Part shown: piece by piece, positions 27,521 to 42,008 of the stretch
Layout: each line of letters begins with the position of its first letter
Position numbering within the stretch: the first letter of the stretch is position 1
From: Octopus sinensis
Lineage: Eukaryota
Length of the DNA stretch: 64,000 bases
Direction of reading: 5' to 3'
Assembly (NCBI RefSeq): GCF_006345805.1
Contig: NC_043017.1
Location: forward strand, 24,242,001 to 24,306,000
Notes under the pieces: generated by a model
The model's input: the letters and a program-made list of their open reading frames with translations, nothing else
Database searches by the model: none
What the model was told of the DNA's origin: nothing
Program-made: the position numbers and the translations under genes

Positions 27521-30477
27521 GAGTGGACTGAAGGGACTGAACAACAACTTGGTGGGTTAATCCTTTGAAAGTTAAGGATTTTTGGCTACAGACACAGTTA
27601 TGGGCACAACACAAAACCAAACTTTGACTTCAACTCTTTTGCATTTTGAACACAGAGTATTGTGTTCTTGAGCAAAATACCTCATCACACATTGCTCTGA
27701 AACCACTTCAACATCTGATGCGTGGTACACCATGTACTTGTTGTTGCAATGTGAAAACACTTGATCACAATAAACAAATCATCGATGCAGTTCGTGGAGC
27801 TGTCTTTCTTGGACTACCATTAAATATTTAACTGGTTCTTTCTGTGGGTTTGTGATAAGATATGATCTTCTGAACCTCTAATGGTAATTTCTTTCTCCAC
27901 CACCTCCTCCTCTCAAAGTATTTGCTTTCAACATCCTTGTCGTTCCAACGTCCACTTTTCCATGTTTGCATGGGTCACACAGAGTTTATCAACCTTTAGC
28001 ATTTAAATCAGCTATATCCAACCAAAACATTCTAGCTGCTTTATGTTCAAAATGGCCAGATCTGGCTTCTCACACCATCCCTACAATATAATTCTAGAAA
28101 TTAAGTTACCTCATCAAAACCTCAAAGCTACAGGATAATGCCTGATTAATTTTAAAACAATGTGAATAAATAAGCATTGTTTTTGACAGAATAATGTGAA
28201 TGCTAAAGAGTTTCAAAGCAGATTCCCTGTGGCTGGATGCCTTACCTGTTGCCAACCCTCACTTGTTTCCAAGCAAGATAATATTTCTTCATACATAAAT
28301 TTTCATTTCATTTCCACCTCACAAACTCCTTTAACTCATTTGGGGGGAATGGGGTGGAACAAAACAAAAAAAAAAACAAACAAAAAATAAACCATCCACT
28401 GCAGATACATTCTTTTCAATTAACTTTTGGAAATAACGAAGAATTCAATAAAATAATTTTGCCATTATTAAGATGGTGTTTGAGACACAAATTTACATGA
28501 AATTCTGATGAAATGTTTTAATTTAGATCACTATAAAACAAGAATTTTATATCATAGAGCCAAGCACAGTCTTGGACAGTTTGGTATCAAAAGGGTTAAA
28601 CAACTTGTGAAATCCCAGGGTTGAATGCAATCCCTGATAAAGAAACACTGATGTACAAGGTTTGCTCTTAGGAAGACGAATGGAACTACTCACCAACAAC
28701 TAGAAACCCTTAATAATTTTCTTACACAAGGTAAATATCAAATACTTTAGTAAAGTACAGATGTGTATGTAACAAAGTGTACAAGGGACCTGTGTGCACA
28801 TAGATGTCTGTGTGTGCGTGTGTTTATAGAGTCAAAACATTGCCAGAGCTGTGCATCATAGTTTTAATATAATTTTGCGTATGTTCTTGCTTCAGTTTGA
28901 AAAGTGTGAATGCAAAATTAAATAAAGTAAAAACAAAATAAAGATATGTAAATGCAACAGAAGAATAATAATAATGAAAAACAATAAAAAAAAAAAACAT
29001 TTTATCATTCACATTTTTGAAATTTCATTGATTTATATAGTAAATAAAAACTTTTACAAATGTTTAAAGTGCAGTAAAAAATAAGTTTTGGGGGAGGATA
29101 TTTGAAAAAAAAAAATGTTAAAAATCTATTTTAAATTAAATAAAAATTGAGGTTAAAGTTGAGAAAAAAAAATTCATATAAGAAAAATAAAAAATGCAAA
29201 ATAAAGAAAACGTCTTCAGAGTTTGATTGACAAAAAATAATAACAAACAAATAATAAAACAGACACAAACACATAAAAAGTACAGACTTTTTTGTATTTT
29301 TTTCTCTTTTTTTTTTCGTTTGAGACGCACGGACACTCCGAGAGGCACATATATTTTGGAAAGAGATCATTTAATATGGAGTTTAGAGTAATGAGAGGTG
29401 ATTGAGTTTGAGGATGAGGTGTGATCAGATTTGAAATGAGATTTTCATGGATTTTGTTTGGGCTTTTTTTTTAAGTATATTTTTTTAAATATATATATAT
29501 ATATATAAAAAAACAAAGAATTTACAACAACAAAAAGACCAAGGCACAGGAGAATACCAGACTAATAGTTAAAGTGATGCCAACCCCATAAATGAAATGA
29601 TAAAAACAGACACATATACACTCACACACACACATACAAATGAGCAGGCAAGAGAGCTTTTATGTAATCATTTGAACTAATTAACTATAGCAGCCAATTC
29701 TCCATCAAGATCAAACTTCCTATGGCCCTTATAAAAAGTTAAGGGCCAAATGTTTGTGTTAAATCTTACAAACAGCACATGCATAATATTATCTCAGCTC
29801 CTGAAGAGCTGAGTAGGGGGAGACAACAACACAAAAGCACACACACACACTAACATACATATACACATACATACATATAAACATTTGGCATTGCAGGGCA
29901 ATATTTAGGATCAAGACGGATCAAAATGAACAAAACTAAATACACTGTCAACAAACAAACACAACAACAAATGACACATTACAAATGCCCACGAGATTAT
30001 AACCAGTGGAGATTGCACGTTAAGAAGCTCAAGGACCTACAACAAGACAAGTGCAGCCAGCCACAAACTGCTGTTAGATATCGTGCAATGGAGTTTTGGA
30101 GTTTTAATTACTTAAATGGGTAACTAGCAAATGTAGAGATTAGTTGGCCCAAGTAAGCCGCCAACCAATGCTGACATGGTTTTACTATGATGAGGGCCAC
30201 CAGTCACTGGCTATTGTCTAAGTTTGGCTCTAAGATCATCGGTCCTTTTGCTTTTAAACTGGCCATATCTGGTCCAAATATCCTACCAGTTTTTAAGTTC
30301 GAACCAGCTAGATCTGGCCCTCTCACATCCACCATACAATGTCATTTTAAAAAATAAATCACCTCATCAGTATTTCAAAATATGAGATAATGCATAATTT
30401 TAATTCAAAACCATGTGAATAAATAATCATTACATTTGACTGAGTTATGTAAATGCTAATGGTTAATAACCTATTGG

Positions 30478-31600
30478 CTGACAAGTTTGGTCTTATAAAA
30501 GACCACTGACAACCAATGATTGACCAGTCTAGTTCTAAAAGAGAGAGACACCACTGGTTGACAAGTTTGCTCTCAATAAGACAGACCAATAGAGGCCACC
30601 AGTTGACAAATTTGGTTCTATAAGAGATTATTCATAGCCTGTTATCAGATAACACTCCCAGTGTCCATTGCACATTTACTTTGAATCTAAAAGATAATAT
30701 CCACGATCAATTCATTGATAAAAAAAAAACATCTTTTAATCCATCCTATCCACAGCCATTAAACAGCTCGTTCACTGATACCAGTTGACAGGCCCAGCTG
30801 CAAGAAATCTTTTATAGAACCATTACTTGAGAAGATCCAGCTGTAAAAAGCTCTCAACAGCAAAAGCTGACAAGGTCCAATAGAGAACTTCTCACATTCT
30901 ATGGATGAGAAACCAAGTTGTGAGCAATACTTCACAGTCATTAGCTGATAGGCCCAGTTGTAAAGGGTACCTGACAAAGCTATTAGGTGATAGGCCCAGT
31001 TACAAAAGGGTATTTCACAAAGCCATTAGCTGAGAGGCTAAGTTATAAAAAGGACTTCAAAAAGTCAATTGACAGGCCCAGTTATAAAGGGTACTTCACA
31101 AGATCAAGGGCTGCCAGGACTAGTTCTAGGACATAGGTCACACAGCCCTTTAGTAGAGGACTATACAGCTGATATATGCAATGGTAAGGGACACTTCAAA
31201 TACCACTAGCTGACAGGACCATTTGAAATGAGTACTTCTAATAGCTATTAGCTGGCAGGATCATTTATAAGGCATACTTCAACCAGCTATCAGCTGATAC
31301 AAGTAGTGTAAGGCCTACTTCACTTAACCATCAGGGAATATGACCCATTGTAAAGAGTGCTTCACATATCCGTTACCTGAGAGGACCAGTTACATGGAGT
31401 ATTTCAAGTCGCTATCAGCTGAAACTACCAGGATAAAGAGTACTTCACATAGCTATCAGGTGATATGGTCCATTGCAAGGAATACTTCATATATCTGTTA
31501 GCTGAGGGGACCATATATTATAAGGAATACTTCTAACAGCTATCAGTTGACATGAGCAGTATGTGGAGTACTTCAGAGACCGCCAACAGCTGACAGGCTG
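30478..31600. repeat. Degenerate ~41-bp tandem array
   Basis: Recurring TACTTCACA-AGCTATTAGCTGA-AGGCCCAGTTATAAAGGG, clearest at 30930-31590. Confidence 0.8.
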
Positions 31601-32089
31601 AGTAATATATGCACATCACACAGCCCTAAATTCTAAAGAGACACCGGGGGAACAGTGATAAGTTGTTAAGAAGGTTTGCTAGAGATATTGATGGAAAATG
31701 CATGTCTATGAGAGGCCACCAATACTCAGCTACTACAGTGCACTTACATACAATACCAAAAAAAAAAAAAAAAAATGAAGACGGGTGGGGGGTGGGGGAG
31801 TTAATTACAAGACTAATTCAACACAACAGAACAGCTGAGAAGGGTCTCCTGCAAGGGGAAAATCTCTTTCCTGTTGAAAGGACACAAGCAACTTAGTACT
31901 AAATCAAACTCCAGACAAATTTTTAAAATAATTCTTGTTATTAAATGTAAATTTTCTGGACATCCGCCATTAGTGTTTTCAGTCACTTAAGAAAAAGACT
32001 TTTTTTTTTCTTCCTTTTGTCTTATTCAGATATAGAGGAAAAGGGTTGAAATTCATTATAGTTTTTTTTTTCTGCAATTTAAACACACA

Positions 32090-32590
32090 TAATCATATAT
32101 ATATATATAATATATACACATATATCAAACATACATATATAATACATACACATATATATGCACACACATATATACATACTCATGCATATATATAATACAT
32201 ACACATATATATTACACATACATATAAGTTAAAGTATGGGTGGGAGTATATATATATATGTGTGTGTGCGTGTGTGGCTATGTGTATACATAGAGAGAGA
32301 CGGTACATATATGTAGTCTGATTATATTACATATATAAACATATATCTAGTAAATATATGTGTGCGTGTGTACTGTATAGAAAGAATACACATTATATGT
32401 ACCACATGTGTACAGAATACGAATTATATACATATACATTTATAATATATCTAGGATAGGTGCGTAGGAATGTGTGTGTGTGCGTTTATATATATATATA
32501 CATACATATATATATATTATCTAAAATTTATAGATGCACAAATATTTATATATGTACATGAACACACATAAATATGTATGCATATACCTG

Positions 32591-32643
<53 letters not shown>

Positions 32644-32678
32644 TCAAGAAAGATGTGTATATATATAATCTCCTGCCC

Positions 32679-32709
<31 letters not shown>

Positions 32710-32760
32710 GTATACATAGGTGCATGCATGGTTATGCGTGAGTGCTCATGCACATGTATT

Positions 32761-32814
<54 letters not shown>

Positions 32815-32899
32815 CATACATACATATAATGTATCCACATGTGTGTATGAGTATATATATATATACGTATATATTGTGAGTATGTATAGTATATAAGGA

Positions 32900-32958
<59 letters not shown>

Positions 32959-33055
32959 AGAACACAAAGTTATGAATATTTAATTTTATGTATTTTACAT
33001 ACACATATATATGCACACACATATATACATACTCATGCATATATATAAATATCTA

Positions 33056-33099
<44 letters not shown>

Positions 33100-33339
33100 T
33101 ATATATATATAATATATATATATATAAAACTTATGTCCCTATTACAAATACACACATGTAGATTGTATTAAGTACTTATACACTATATATATATATGTAA
33201 TGTATATAATACATATGAAAAATTCCATATACATACATACACACATATATATATATATATATCATTCATTCCTTATGTATAATATTCACAAAACTTATAT
33301 AAGAAATATATATTTATACATTAACATGCACAGACACAG

Positions 33340-33374
<35 letters not shown>

Positions 33375-33440
33375 ACACAACACACACGCATATATACTCA
33401 CATACACACATATATTTATATACACATACACATTCTATAT
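32090..33440. repeat. Compound (TA)/(CA)/(TG) low-complexity region downstream of the MCRS1 stop
   Basis: Seen directly. Similar tracts at 2990-3390, 4750-5500 and 21095-21630. Confidence 0.9.
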
Positions 33441-33661
33441 TTGTATGATGTATTTCTATATATGCATGTTTATATGTAGATATATCTTGTTTTATCCCAC
33501 ACACAGACATGTGTCTGTATGCAGGTATGTCTATGATTGGAAAAGCTGGCCGGAGGATGTGGCTATGAGAATGTCCATGTGGATGATATATCGCTGTGGC
33601 CATCTTGTGTCTAGTTTGACATTGCTTTCATGTGTTTTTTGTGCTGAATATTGAGCCGCTG

Positions 33662-33757
33662 TCACGTCCCGTGGGGGCCAGCCATTTTCTGCGCCTCAGC
33701 ACGAATTACATTCACAAGGTCTTGGTTAATTAGAAAAATGAACCGCAAACACGATAT
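33662..33757 (-). CDS. MCRS1: MCRS1 terminal coding exon (ISCLRFIFLINQDLVNVIRAEAQKMAGPHGT*)
   Basis: LRF.FLINQDL...IRAEA C-terminal motif; acceptor ttttttttcccttccag; TGA at 33664-33662. Confidence 0.96.
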   Translation of the reverse strand: MSCLRFIFLINQDLVNVIRAEAQKMAGPHGT

Positions 33758-34689
33758 CTGGAAGGGAAAAAAAATACACAGAATTGGAAGACTGGTTGAT
33801 TCTGAAATAGTCTGGATGTTTTTAGGAAGCAAAGAAAAAAAAAAAAAAAAACTGAAAGAGGGAACCTTCTATGAAAACACCAATTCTCCTCTTCTCTTTA
33901 ATAAGGCAGGTATACATCAGATGATGCAGTTCAAGATGAAGACAGAAGAAAAAGATGGAATGCTTCTGATGGCATGTTAGTCATGGAACTAAATAAAATA
34001 CTATAAAACAAACCAACAAGACAGCCTCCACATGACTGACTGACCAGCTAGAAATAGTAGCTAAGTATTACCTAATAATGTGACAGATAGGGATAGACAG
34101 ACAGACTGCTAAAGCAATAAGGGATGAGAAAGCAGGTGTAGCCCTTGGACCACCAGAAATTATTGTTGGAATGCTTAAAATATTTGATGGTATATGTAGG
34201 ATACAACCTTGATCAGTGTTTTTTTTTTTTCAGTGGACCCCTTGAGTGGACCCTCCTAGCCATTTGATGTTAAACCCTTTAGTGTTTGCATTATTCTACA
34301 AAAATTAATGCTTTTTCATCCACTTTATTTTGAACTAATCATGCATTAATCTTGTAGCTATGAGACTTTGATGAGGTAGCTTTTAATTTTTAAAACGATA
34401 TTGTAGGGTTGGTGTGAGAGGTTAGACCTGGTCAGTTTGAACATAAAACAGGCAGAATACTTTTGGCCGGATATGGCCGGTTTAAATGCTAAAGGGTTAA
34501 AAGATCCTATTATAGTTTTATAATTAAATATTGTTACAAATAATTGTAAAAAATATTTTGTACATTGTAGAAGTATAACCAGTTTATTGCCAATAAATTT
34601 TAACAGAAAAATCTTATATGGACCCTGGTTGAGAACCACTGGTCTAGACAGTCAATCAGGTTGTACAAGTAGGTGTCATACCAAATGAC

Positions 34690-35095
34690 TGTCACAGTAG
34701 CATTATTGTCAACTGTTGTGAACATCTGAGCACCTTTTCAAACTCCACTCGTCTAATACCCGTGGACATGTTTACAAAGTCAGAAAACAGCACAGCTCCC
34801 ATGACTTCAGGAAACATTTTTTCACGCTGAGAGTAGCTGAAGCATGGAACAAACTGCCGGCATCAGTTGTTAGTTGTCAGAGCACTGCATCCTTCAAAAC
34901 TTCCATGCTTTCTGAGATTCGCCAACACTACACCTGATTTTCTCCCCTCCATACACATGCAAGCATGTATCTGACTCATGCATTGTTCGCTTTCTAGACA
35001 TTTGTACATTACTGCATATACTTTATACGCACTTTCTGACAAGTTGTGGTGCACCTGAGCACTGTATATAATAATTTCATTATTATTATTTTTAT
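34690..35095 (+). mobile_element. CR1-clade LINE 3' end
   Basis: TRGHVYKVRKQ...RKHFFTLRVAEAWNKLPASVV; ends in an (ATT)n tail. Confidence 0.85.
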
Positions 35096-35189
35096 TAAGG
35101 AGATACCTTAGAAATGTAATTATAAAGGCACCCAAGTACTTCATGGGGTCATGGCAGCTATGGAAAAATTTTTAGCTTGATGAATTACA

Positions 35190-35615
35190 GGAAGAGTGAA
35201 ACTTGAAGAGATGCTATTTGGCTTTGTGCCAGGGCAAAGTAGGACAGACGCCCTCTTCTTGGTGAGGCAAATGCAGAAATATTTGGCTAAAAGTAAATCA
35301 AGTCTTTGTATTTAGCATTTTGATGTCCTGTAGAAAGCCCTCAACAGGATCCCTTGCACTGTGATCTTGTGGTCTCTAAGGAAGCTAAATGTAGATGAAT
35401 GGCTTGTGAGGAAACTAGAAATATCTGAATGGCCGTAGAAGGCATGTATAAGGGTGCTGTCAGTGAGGTGAGAGTGAAAGTGATGAATTTAATGTGCAGA
35501 GAGGAGTACATCAGGGATTGGTTCACAATCCGCTCCTATTCATTAATAGTCCTTCAGGCAATAACAGAACAGTCTAAGACTGGTTGCTCATGGAAATTGC
35601 TATATGCTGATGACC
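35190..35615 (+). mobile_element. RTE LINE RT fragment
   Basis: FGFVPG..TDALFLVRQMQ, KA..RIP..VI.WSLRKL.VDEWLV, GVHQG...PLLF..VLQAITE..KTGC.WKLLYADD; frameshifted. Confidence 0.85.
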
Positions 35616-37684
35616 ACAAGAAAACCCACTCATCTCACCCAGAAACCAAGGTTCACGAAGCATAATGTATACATATACGACTGCCCCCTCTCTCACAAAA
35701 TTTTGTCAAGCATTCTCCGATCCCACAAGCATCTCTTTAGCACTGATCTCTCCATCACTTGCTTAACCTTTTTGCATTTAAACCAGCCATATCCAGCCAA
35801 AATATTCTACCTGTTTTATGTTCAAACTGGCCAAATCTGACCTCTCACACCTAACCTACAATGTCATTCTAAAAATAAACAGTCACTCATTGAACTCTGA
35901 AAAACTACAAGATAATTCAAAACCATATGAATAAATAAGCATTACATTTGACAAAGTAAACTGAATGCAAAAGGGTTAATCACAGTATTCTGCTGTTGTA
36001 ATTAAAATAAAGCCAAATTTAAATGTTTTATCATCATCTTTTTTCTATGATACCAGTTATCTTTCTCATGACCTAAAACTACTACACTTGATATTTATCC
36101 TTCATTCTCAACATTGTCCCTCGCTATTCACATTTTACATTGATCACCCCACCCTTCTCTGCCACCATATTACCTCTCCCTTTCCCTCTCACTGAATCAC
36201 CTTGTGCTGACTTGTCCAATCATCATTCATCACTCACTCTCCTTGCAGACTATCTTACCACTCACTCTCCTTGCAACCAACCCATCCACGAGTCACTCCC
36301 TTTCTCATGTCCTCCTCCTCTTTACTGTACTATCACACATCTCCAGCTCTTTACCCTTCTATACTGCCAGTCATCTCCTACTCTCCCCATCTCTCATCCA
36401 ACTAATTTATCATCAATCTCCCACCTCAACTCTTGCTCACAATGCAGTAATATTTACATCACCACCTCTACCTCATTTCTAACTATCCCTCACTCTTCTC
36501 ATATACTCTTATAATCTCTACCCACCCTTCTTATTTGCCTGCCCCCAGGGTTCATCCTGACACTTTGTCATCACCATCTTCAAACTCTCTGGTTCCAACC
36601 TGATTATCTCCTCTACACCAAGAAACCTGTTCTGACCTTTTCACCTAGCACAAAGCTGCCTCCCTTTCCATTATACTCCTACCCAGTTGAAGGAGGCTCT
36701 TAGACTTTTGAGCTACACAGCAACCTCACTAGTGCTGGTGCCACAAACCCCCCGCCCCACCCTTTGCTCTCCATAAAATGCTTGGCATCAGGAAAGATAT
36801 CAAGTCATAGAAACCATGCGGAAGAAGGAACTGGAGCACAGCACAGTCCTCTCTCAGGATCCTTGTGAAACTACCCAACAACATGTCAGTATGGAAGACA
36901 AATATTCATTTCTATTCTAGGCACAAGGCCCGAAATTTCTGGGGAGGAGGCCAGTCGATTAGACTGACCCCAGTACTTAACTGGTATTTAATTTATCCAT
37001 CTTGAAAGGATTAAAGGCAAAGTTGACCTCAGCAGAATTTGAACTCAGAATATAAAGACAGATGAAATACTGCTAAACATTTCACCTAGTGTGCTAATGT
37101 TTCTGCCAGCTTACCGCCTTAGACAAATATTAGAAGATGATGATGCAGATGATGACATAATATATAAACATATCATCCTCTTCATCATTGTTTTAATCTT
37201 TTATCTTTTACTTCTTTCAATCATTAGACTGTGGCCATGCTGGGGCACTGTCTTGAAGAATTTTTAGTCGAATCAATTACCTTTTTTTATTTTTTAAAGC
37301 CTGGTATTTATTCTATTGATCACTTTTGCTGGACTGCTAAGTTACATAGATATAAACAAACCAACAACAGCTTCCAAGCAGTGGAGGGGAAAAAACACAG
37401 ACCCCCCCATACACACATACATGAAGTTAGGGGACATAAACACACTAACACCAGTTGTCAAGTAGTGATGGGGGACAAACACTAACGCAAACACACATGA
37501 TGGGCAAAAAAAGTCATTCACTTCAGAGAAGGGTAGATTGGCTAATGGATCCTATTAAAGACATGGTGGTCTTGGGTGGAAACTTCAATCATAAGCCAGC
37601 TCAATCAGAGATAGCCTAGGGTTCAACAACAATGACATAGGTAGTTTTATGTGTTCACCTGATCTCATAGAAACAGCAACCGAA

Positions 37685-37955
37685 AACATAGGGTCATGAG
37701 GCCAGACTAGCATTGTATCAACATAGCGTCACAAGGTCAGATTAGCATTATATCAACATAAGGTCATGAGGTCAGACTAACAGTCTGTCAATATAGGGTT
37801 ATAAGGTCAGATTAACATTGTATCAACATAGGGTCATGAAGTCAGACTAGCAGTGTGTCAACATAGGGCCAAGAAGTCAATCTTCGATGTGTCAACAGAG
37901 CGTAATAAAATGAGATTAGTAGTGTGTCAATATAGTCATGAAACCAGTCAAGCAA
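37685..37955. repeat. 35-bp minisatellite, ~7-8 copies
   Basis: Unit AACATAGGGTCATGAGGTCAGACTAGCATTGTATC; alternating variants. Confidence 0.9.
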
Positions 37956-38148
37956 TACATCGCCATCACTAAACCGGCTTTATGAAACTAGGTTCACATG
38001 GATATGTGAACCCTCACATGGATATGTGAACCTATACTCCACCAGCTATAATGACAACATAACATGAACATTACTTCAAAGTGTCAATGGTCAACAATCA
38101 CAAAGGACATTTATGAAACGAGTGTGGCAGAAATATAAGGACACTGAC

Positions 38149-38364
38149 CTCTACTACAGCATTGTTGTTTAGTTTCTGTTTACTACCAGTTGGTACTGGC
38201 TTACTGTCAACATAAATAGGTCTCTTGCCCTCATTAGCTATAAAAAAGTCTCCGTTGTGTCGGAGTTTGATGATGCCCTGTAGCCGCGAGATCTTCCAAG
38301 CTGGTCCTTCTAATGATAAGTTCACATCAATATGATTGTCCTTTGTAGCACGGCCCAGTGTAAT
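38149..38364 (-). CDS. MCRS1: MCRS1 coding exon 11, FHA domain (ITLGRATKDNHIDVNLSLEGPAWKISRLQGIIKLRHNGDFFIANEGKRPIYVDSKPVPTGSKQKLNNNAVVE)
   Basis: FHA core GR and S.. motifs, with the MCRS1-specific LSLEGPAWKISR; acceptor ttcctacag; donor GAG|GTCAGT; 216 nt. Confidence 0.98.
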
Positions 38365-39392
38365 CTGTAGGAAAAGATATGAGCAAAATTACCACTGACA
38401 TATATTATTATTATATAATAAATCTTTGCACACCTCTTTGTCTTCTTTCTTGTTACTTCTCTCTGTCTCTCTCTCTCCTCCTCCTCCTCTCTTCCAATCT
38501 CTCCCTTGAATAGGTAACCATGTACCTCCTCTATACCAAGACACCTGTTTCTGCCTCTGTCTCTCTGTCACACTCAAATCTTTCATCACCTGACACAAGA
38601 TCACCTCCTCCAAAGTCCCCTCCCCTCTCAAAATTCTTTGTCTTGCAAAGTAACTTGGTGACTCTGCCAGTGTAGTTGCTACTTAAAAAGCACTTGATCC
38701 ACACTGTGAAGTGGTTGGCATTTGGAAGGGCATCCAGCTGTAAAAACTCTTGCCAAAACTGACCTTACCTGTGCTGGTGCCATGTGGGGTGGTTGGTGTT
38801 AGGAAGGGAATCCAGTCATAAAAACCATGCGTAAACAGACACAGAAACCTGGGTGGGCCCTGTCAAACCATCCAACACATGCCGGCATGGTAGACAGACA
38901 GACAGACGATGATGATGACTTGATGCTATTTCAAGCCAAGGAAATACAAATATACATAGTCACACTTACACATATATCATTGCTTTATCATCGTCACCAT
39001 TTTAATATCCACTTTTCCATGCCTACATGGGTCAGGCAAAGTTTACTGAGGCAGATTCTCTATGGCTGGATGCCCTTCTGGTTGCCAACCCTCACCTGTT
39101 TCCCAGCAAGGTAATATTTCTTCATTGCCAGACACGTTCTTGCAAAATACTAGAAATGAATGACACTGCTTGTATAACAGTGAGGTTCATTTACAACTAT
39201 CAAGTGATGTCAAGGCACAGAGACACAAACAGATACACAGATATTTACAGGCATATGTGGTGCAAAGGTTACAAAAAAATACATCACAAAGATAAAAAGT
39301 AAATACAGAGCGGATGTTAGTTTGACACTCAGGAAATGATAATTTATGAAAAATAAATGTGTGTGTGTGTGTATATAAATAGATATATATAC

Positions 39393-39438
<46 letters not shown>

Positions 39439-41185
39439 TCCATAAATTATCGCTCATTTTAATATTTATTTTTCCATGTGGAACATGGACAAGACAACAT
39501 CTGTACAAGCTGCAAAATTAACATCCATCAATAACAACCTCAACTGATGTGTGCATTTCAACCCCCTCTCTCTCTCTTTCTCTCGCTCTCTTACACAAAC
39601 ACACACACACACACACAAATCACCCCCATTACCACGACTGCTGGTGACGTCTTACTGCCATTATTAATTTTCTGATGGCCTTTGAAATATATTTGAACTC
39701 TTGACACACTGCCATAGTTGCACCAGTACCTGGGTTGTACTTTTTTTTACAGCTGGAAAGGCTGGAGCAATATAAAGTGCATTATTCAAGAAAACAGATG
39801 CACTGCCTGACCCAGGGATAGAACTCACAACTTTCAGATCATGAACTAAACACTCTAATCACTAAATCATATCAGATTTGGTTGTTCAGTATTCATAGCA
39901 ATTTCTTTACTGCCCACAAGGGGCTAAACATAGAGGGGACAAACGAGGACAAAGGGATTAAGTCGATTACATCGACCCCAGTGCGAAACTGGTACTTAAT
40001 TTATCGACCCCGAAAGGATGAAAGGCAAAGTCGACCTCGGCGGAATTTGAACTCAGAATGTAACGACAGACGAAATACCGCTAGGCATTTCGCCCGGCAC
40101 GTAACATTCAGTATTCATAGCAACCTAACAAAATCCTCACCAGTTACACAGATTTCCTATCACCTCTAAAGGAAACTTATGCCCTTTGCAGGTATGTAAG
40201 TAGGTCTGCATAAACCGGAAGACTTAGAATTATGTGCTGCTACCAATGATACTTCCATAATGCCAGTAGGAATCAGAGAGCTGTGCCTTCCCACCATATA
40301 AATATTGCGTCCATTCATAGCGTTACACTACACAATGGGGAAGCGTCTACAAAGTTGTCCACTTCGCAGAAAATAACAGCCAACTCTCCTTCAACTCAAA
40401 CCTTGCTGTTAGAAACAAAAAAGGAAAACTACACTGGATAATGTAGTCCTAAGATGTACTGGTTTTCAACTCCTGTTGTAGACAACGGGGGAAGATTTTG
40501 CAACTTCTTATTGAACAACCTGCACAGGTGATTTATTGATAAAGATCAAATGTTTTGTGTTATATGTGAGCTCACACACCCTCCCCATCAAACAGACAAT
40601 GCCTGTACAGATGAAGGGTGGACTACATGTCAGATATCAAAGTGACTGCAGAACAACATGAAATGAAGCATTTTGCTCGAAACACAATACAACACATGGT
40701 CCAAGAAGCAAAACCATGACCCCGTGATCATGTTTGCAACACACTAACAACCACTAGGCCACACACCCTCACTTGATGTACCACATCTAAAAAAGACACT
40801 GACCCACAGATATACTAAATCAGAGAACTTGGTCCTCCCCAAAGACACCTCATCATAGGTAGCCAGGATGTCTAAAGAGACGAGGCAATTGAGAATTATA
40901 TAATAAGGTGCAAGTAGCAATCAGAGAACAATGTCTTCTCACACTACCGCTTTACAGGTAACCAGGGGGTCAACGGAGAGGAGAGTGTTGACAATTATAT
41001 GCTGTCACCAAAGATACATCACAGCATCAGTAGAACTAACTCTGCAATGGCTCAGCTAACAACTTAATGACTTTGCCAGTAACAGCTGTAGCCTATCATT
41101 CATATATATATATATATATGATGTGTATATGTGTGTGTGTATATATATATATATAATATATATATATATGATGTGTATATGTGTA

Positions 41186-41228
<43 letters not shown>

Positions 41229-41234
41229 TGTATA

Positions 41235-41288
<54 letters not shown>

Positions 41289-41925
41289 CCTATATTTATT
41301 TGGTCCTCTTTAATTTACATTTATTTACATTATGTCTAGTTTAACAGCAGTGGTGCATATGGCAATATCAAGTTAAATCTAGTAGTTATTGCAATGGACA
41401 ATCTGGAGAGCAATGGAACTGGTTATCATCATCATCATCACCATTTTTTAATGCTGGCATGGGTTGGACAGTTTGACAGGAGCCAGTGGATTGCATCAAG
41501 CTCTGATGTCTGCTTTGACATGATACCTTTGGCTGGATGCCCTTTACTAATGCCAGCCACTTTACAGGGTGTACTGGGTGCTTTTTATGTGGCACTGGCA
41601 CCAGTGCCACATAAGAAGACAAGATCCTTCAACTGAAGGCAGGCGAAGTAGTAGTAGTAGTATTGAAGGATGTATCTTTATGCCAGGTGATAAGATGATA
41701 AAGTATGGAAGGAAGACAGGGACAGATGTCTTGCTGTGGGAGAGCACATTAACTATTCAACCTGTTCTTTTCTAAGTTGATAAGTAGTAAGTTGAGGGGA
41801 TTTAACTGCTATTTCCTGTAGATCAGGTACTCATGAAGTGTCTCCTTCATTGCTCAGTGACATGCTGGAGGATGGGTAATGGCGAGATTGGTGACGATAA
41901 TGATGATAACAGTCAATAAACTTAC

Positions 41926-42008
41926 CTCTTTTGACCTCATTAAATAACGAACTAATCGTCCTCGTAGCACAGCAAGTGTCTGGTTATCAAAGTCTGGAGG
42001 GCTTACAC
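41926..42008 (-). CDS. MCRS1: MCRS1 coding exon 10 (GVSPPDFDNQTLAVLRGRLVRYLMRSKE)
   Basis: PDFDNQTLAVLRGR.VRYLMRS.E motif; acceptor gattgcag; donor GAG|GTAAGT; 83 nt. Confidence 0.97.

Larger units (their letters stand above)
28990..33661 (-). other. Possible long MCRS1 3' UTR
   Basis: U-rich 3'-end-like sequence on the minus strand near 28850-29300 (GATAAA at ~29000 followed by a U tract; ATTAAA near 28865). The true end cannot be determined from DNA alone. Confidence 0.3.

Noticed and set aside
33651-33980. 109-aa + strand ORF overlapping the last MCRS1 exon
   Set aside because: Antisense shadow with a non-ATG start, running into intronic A tracts.
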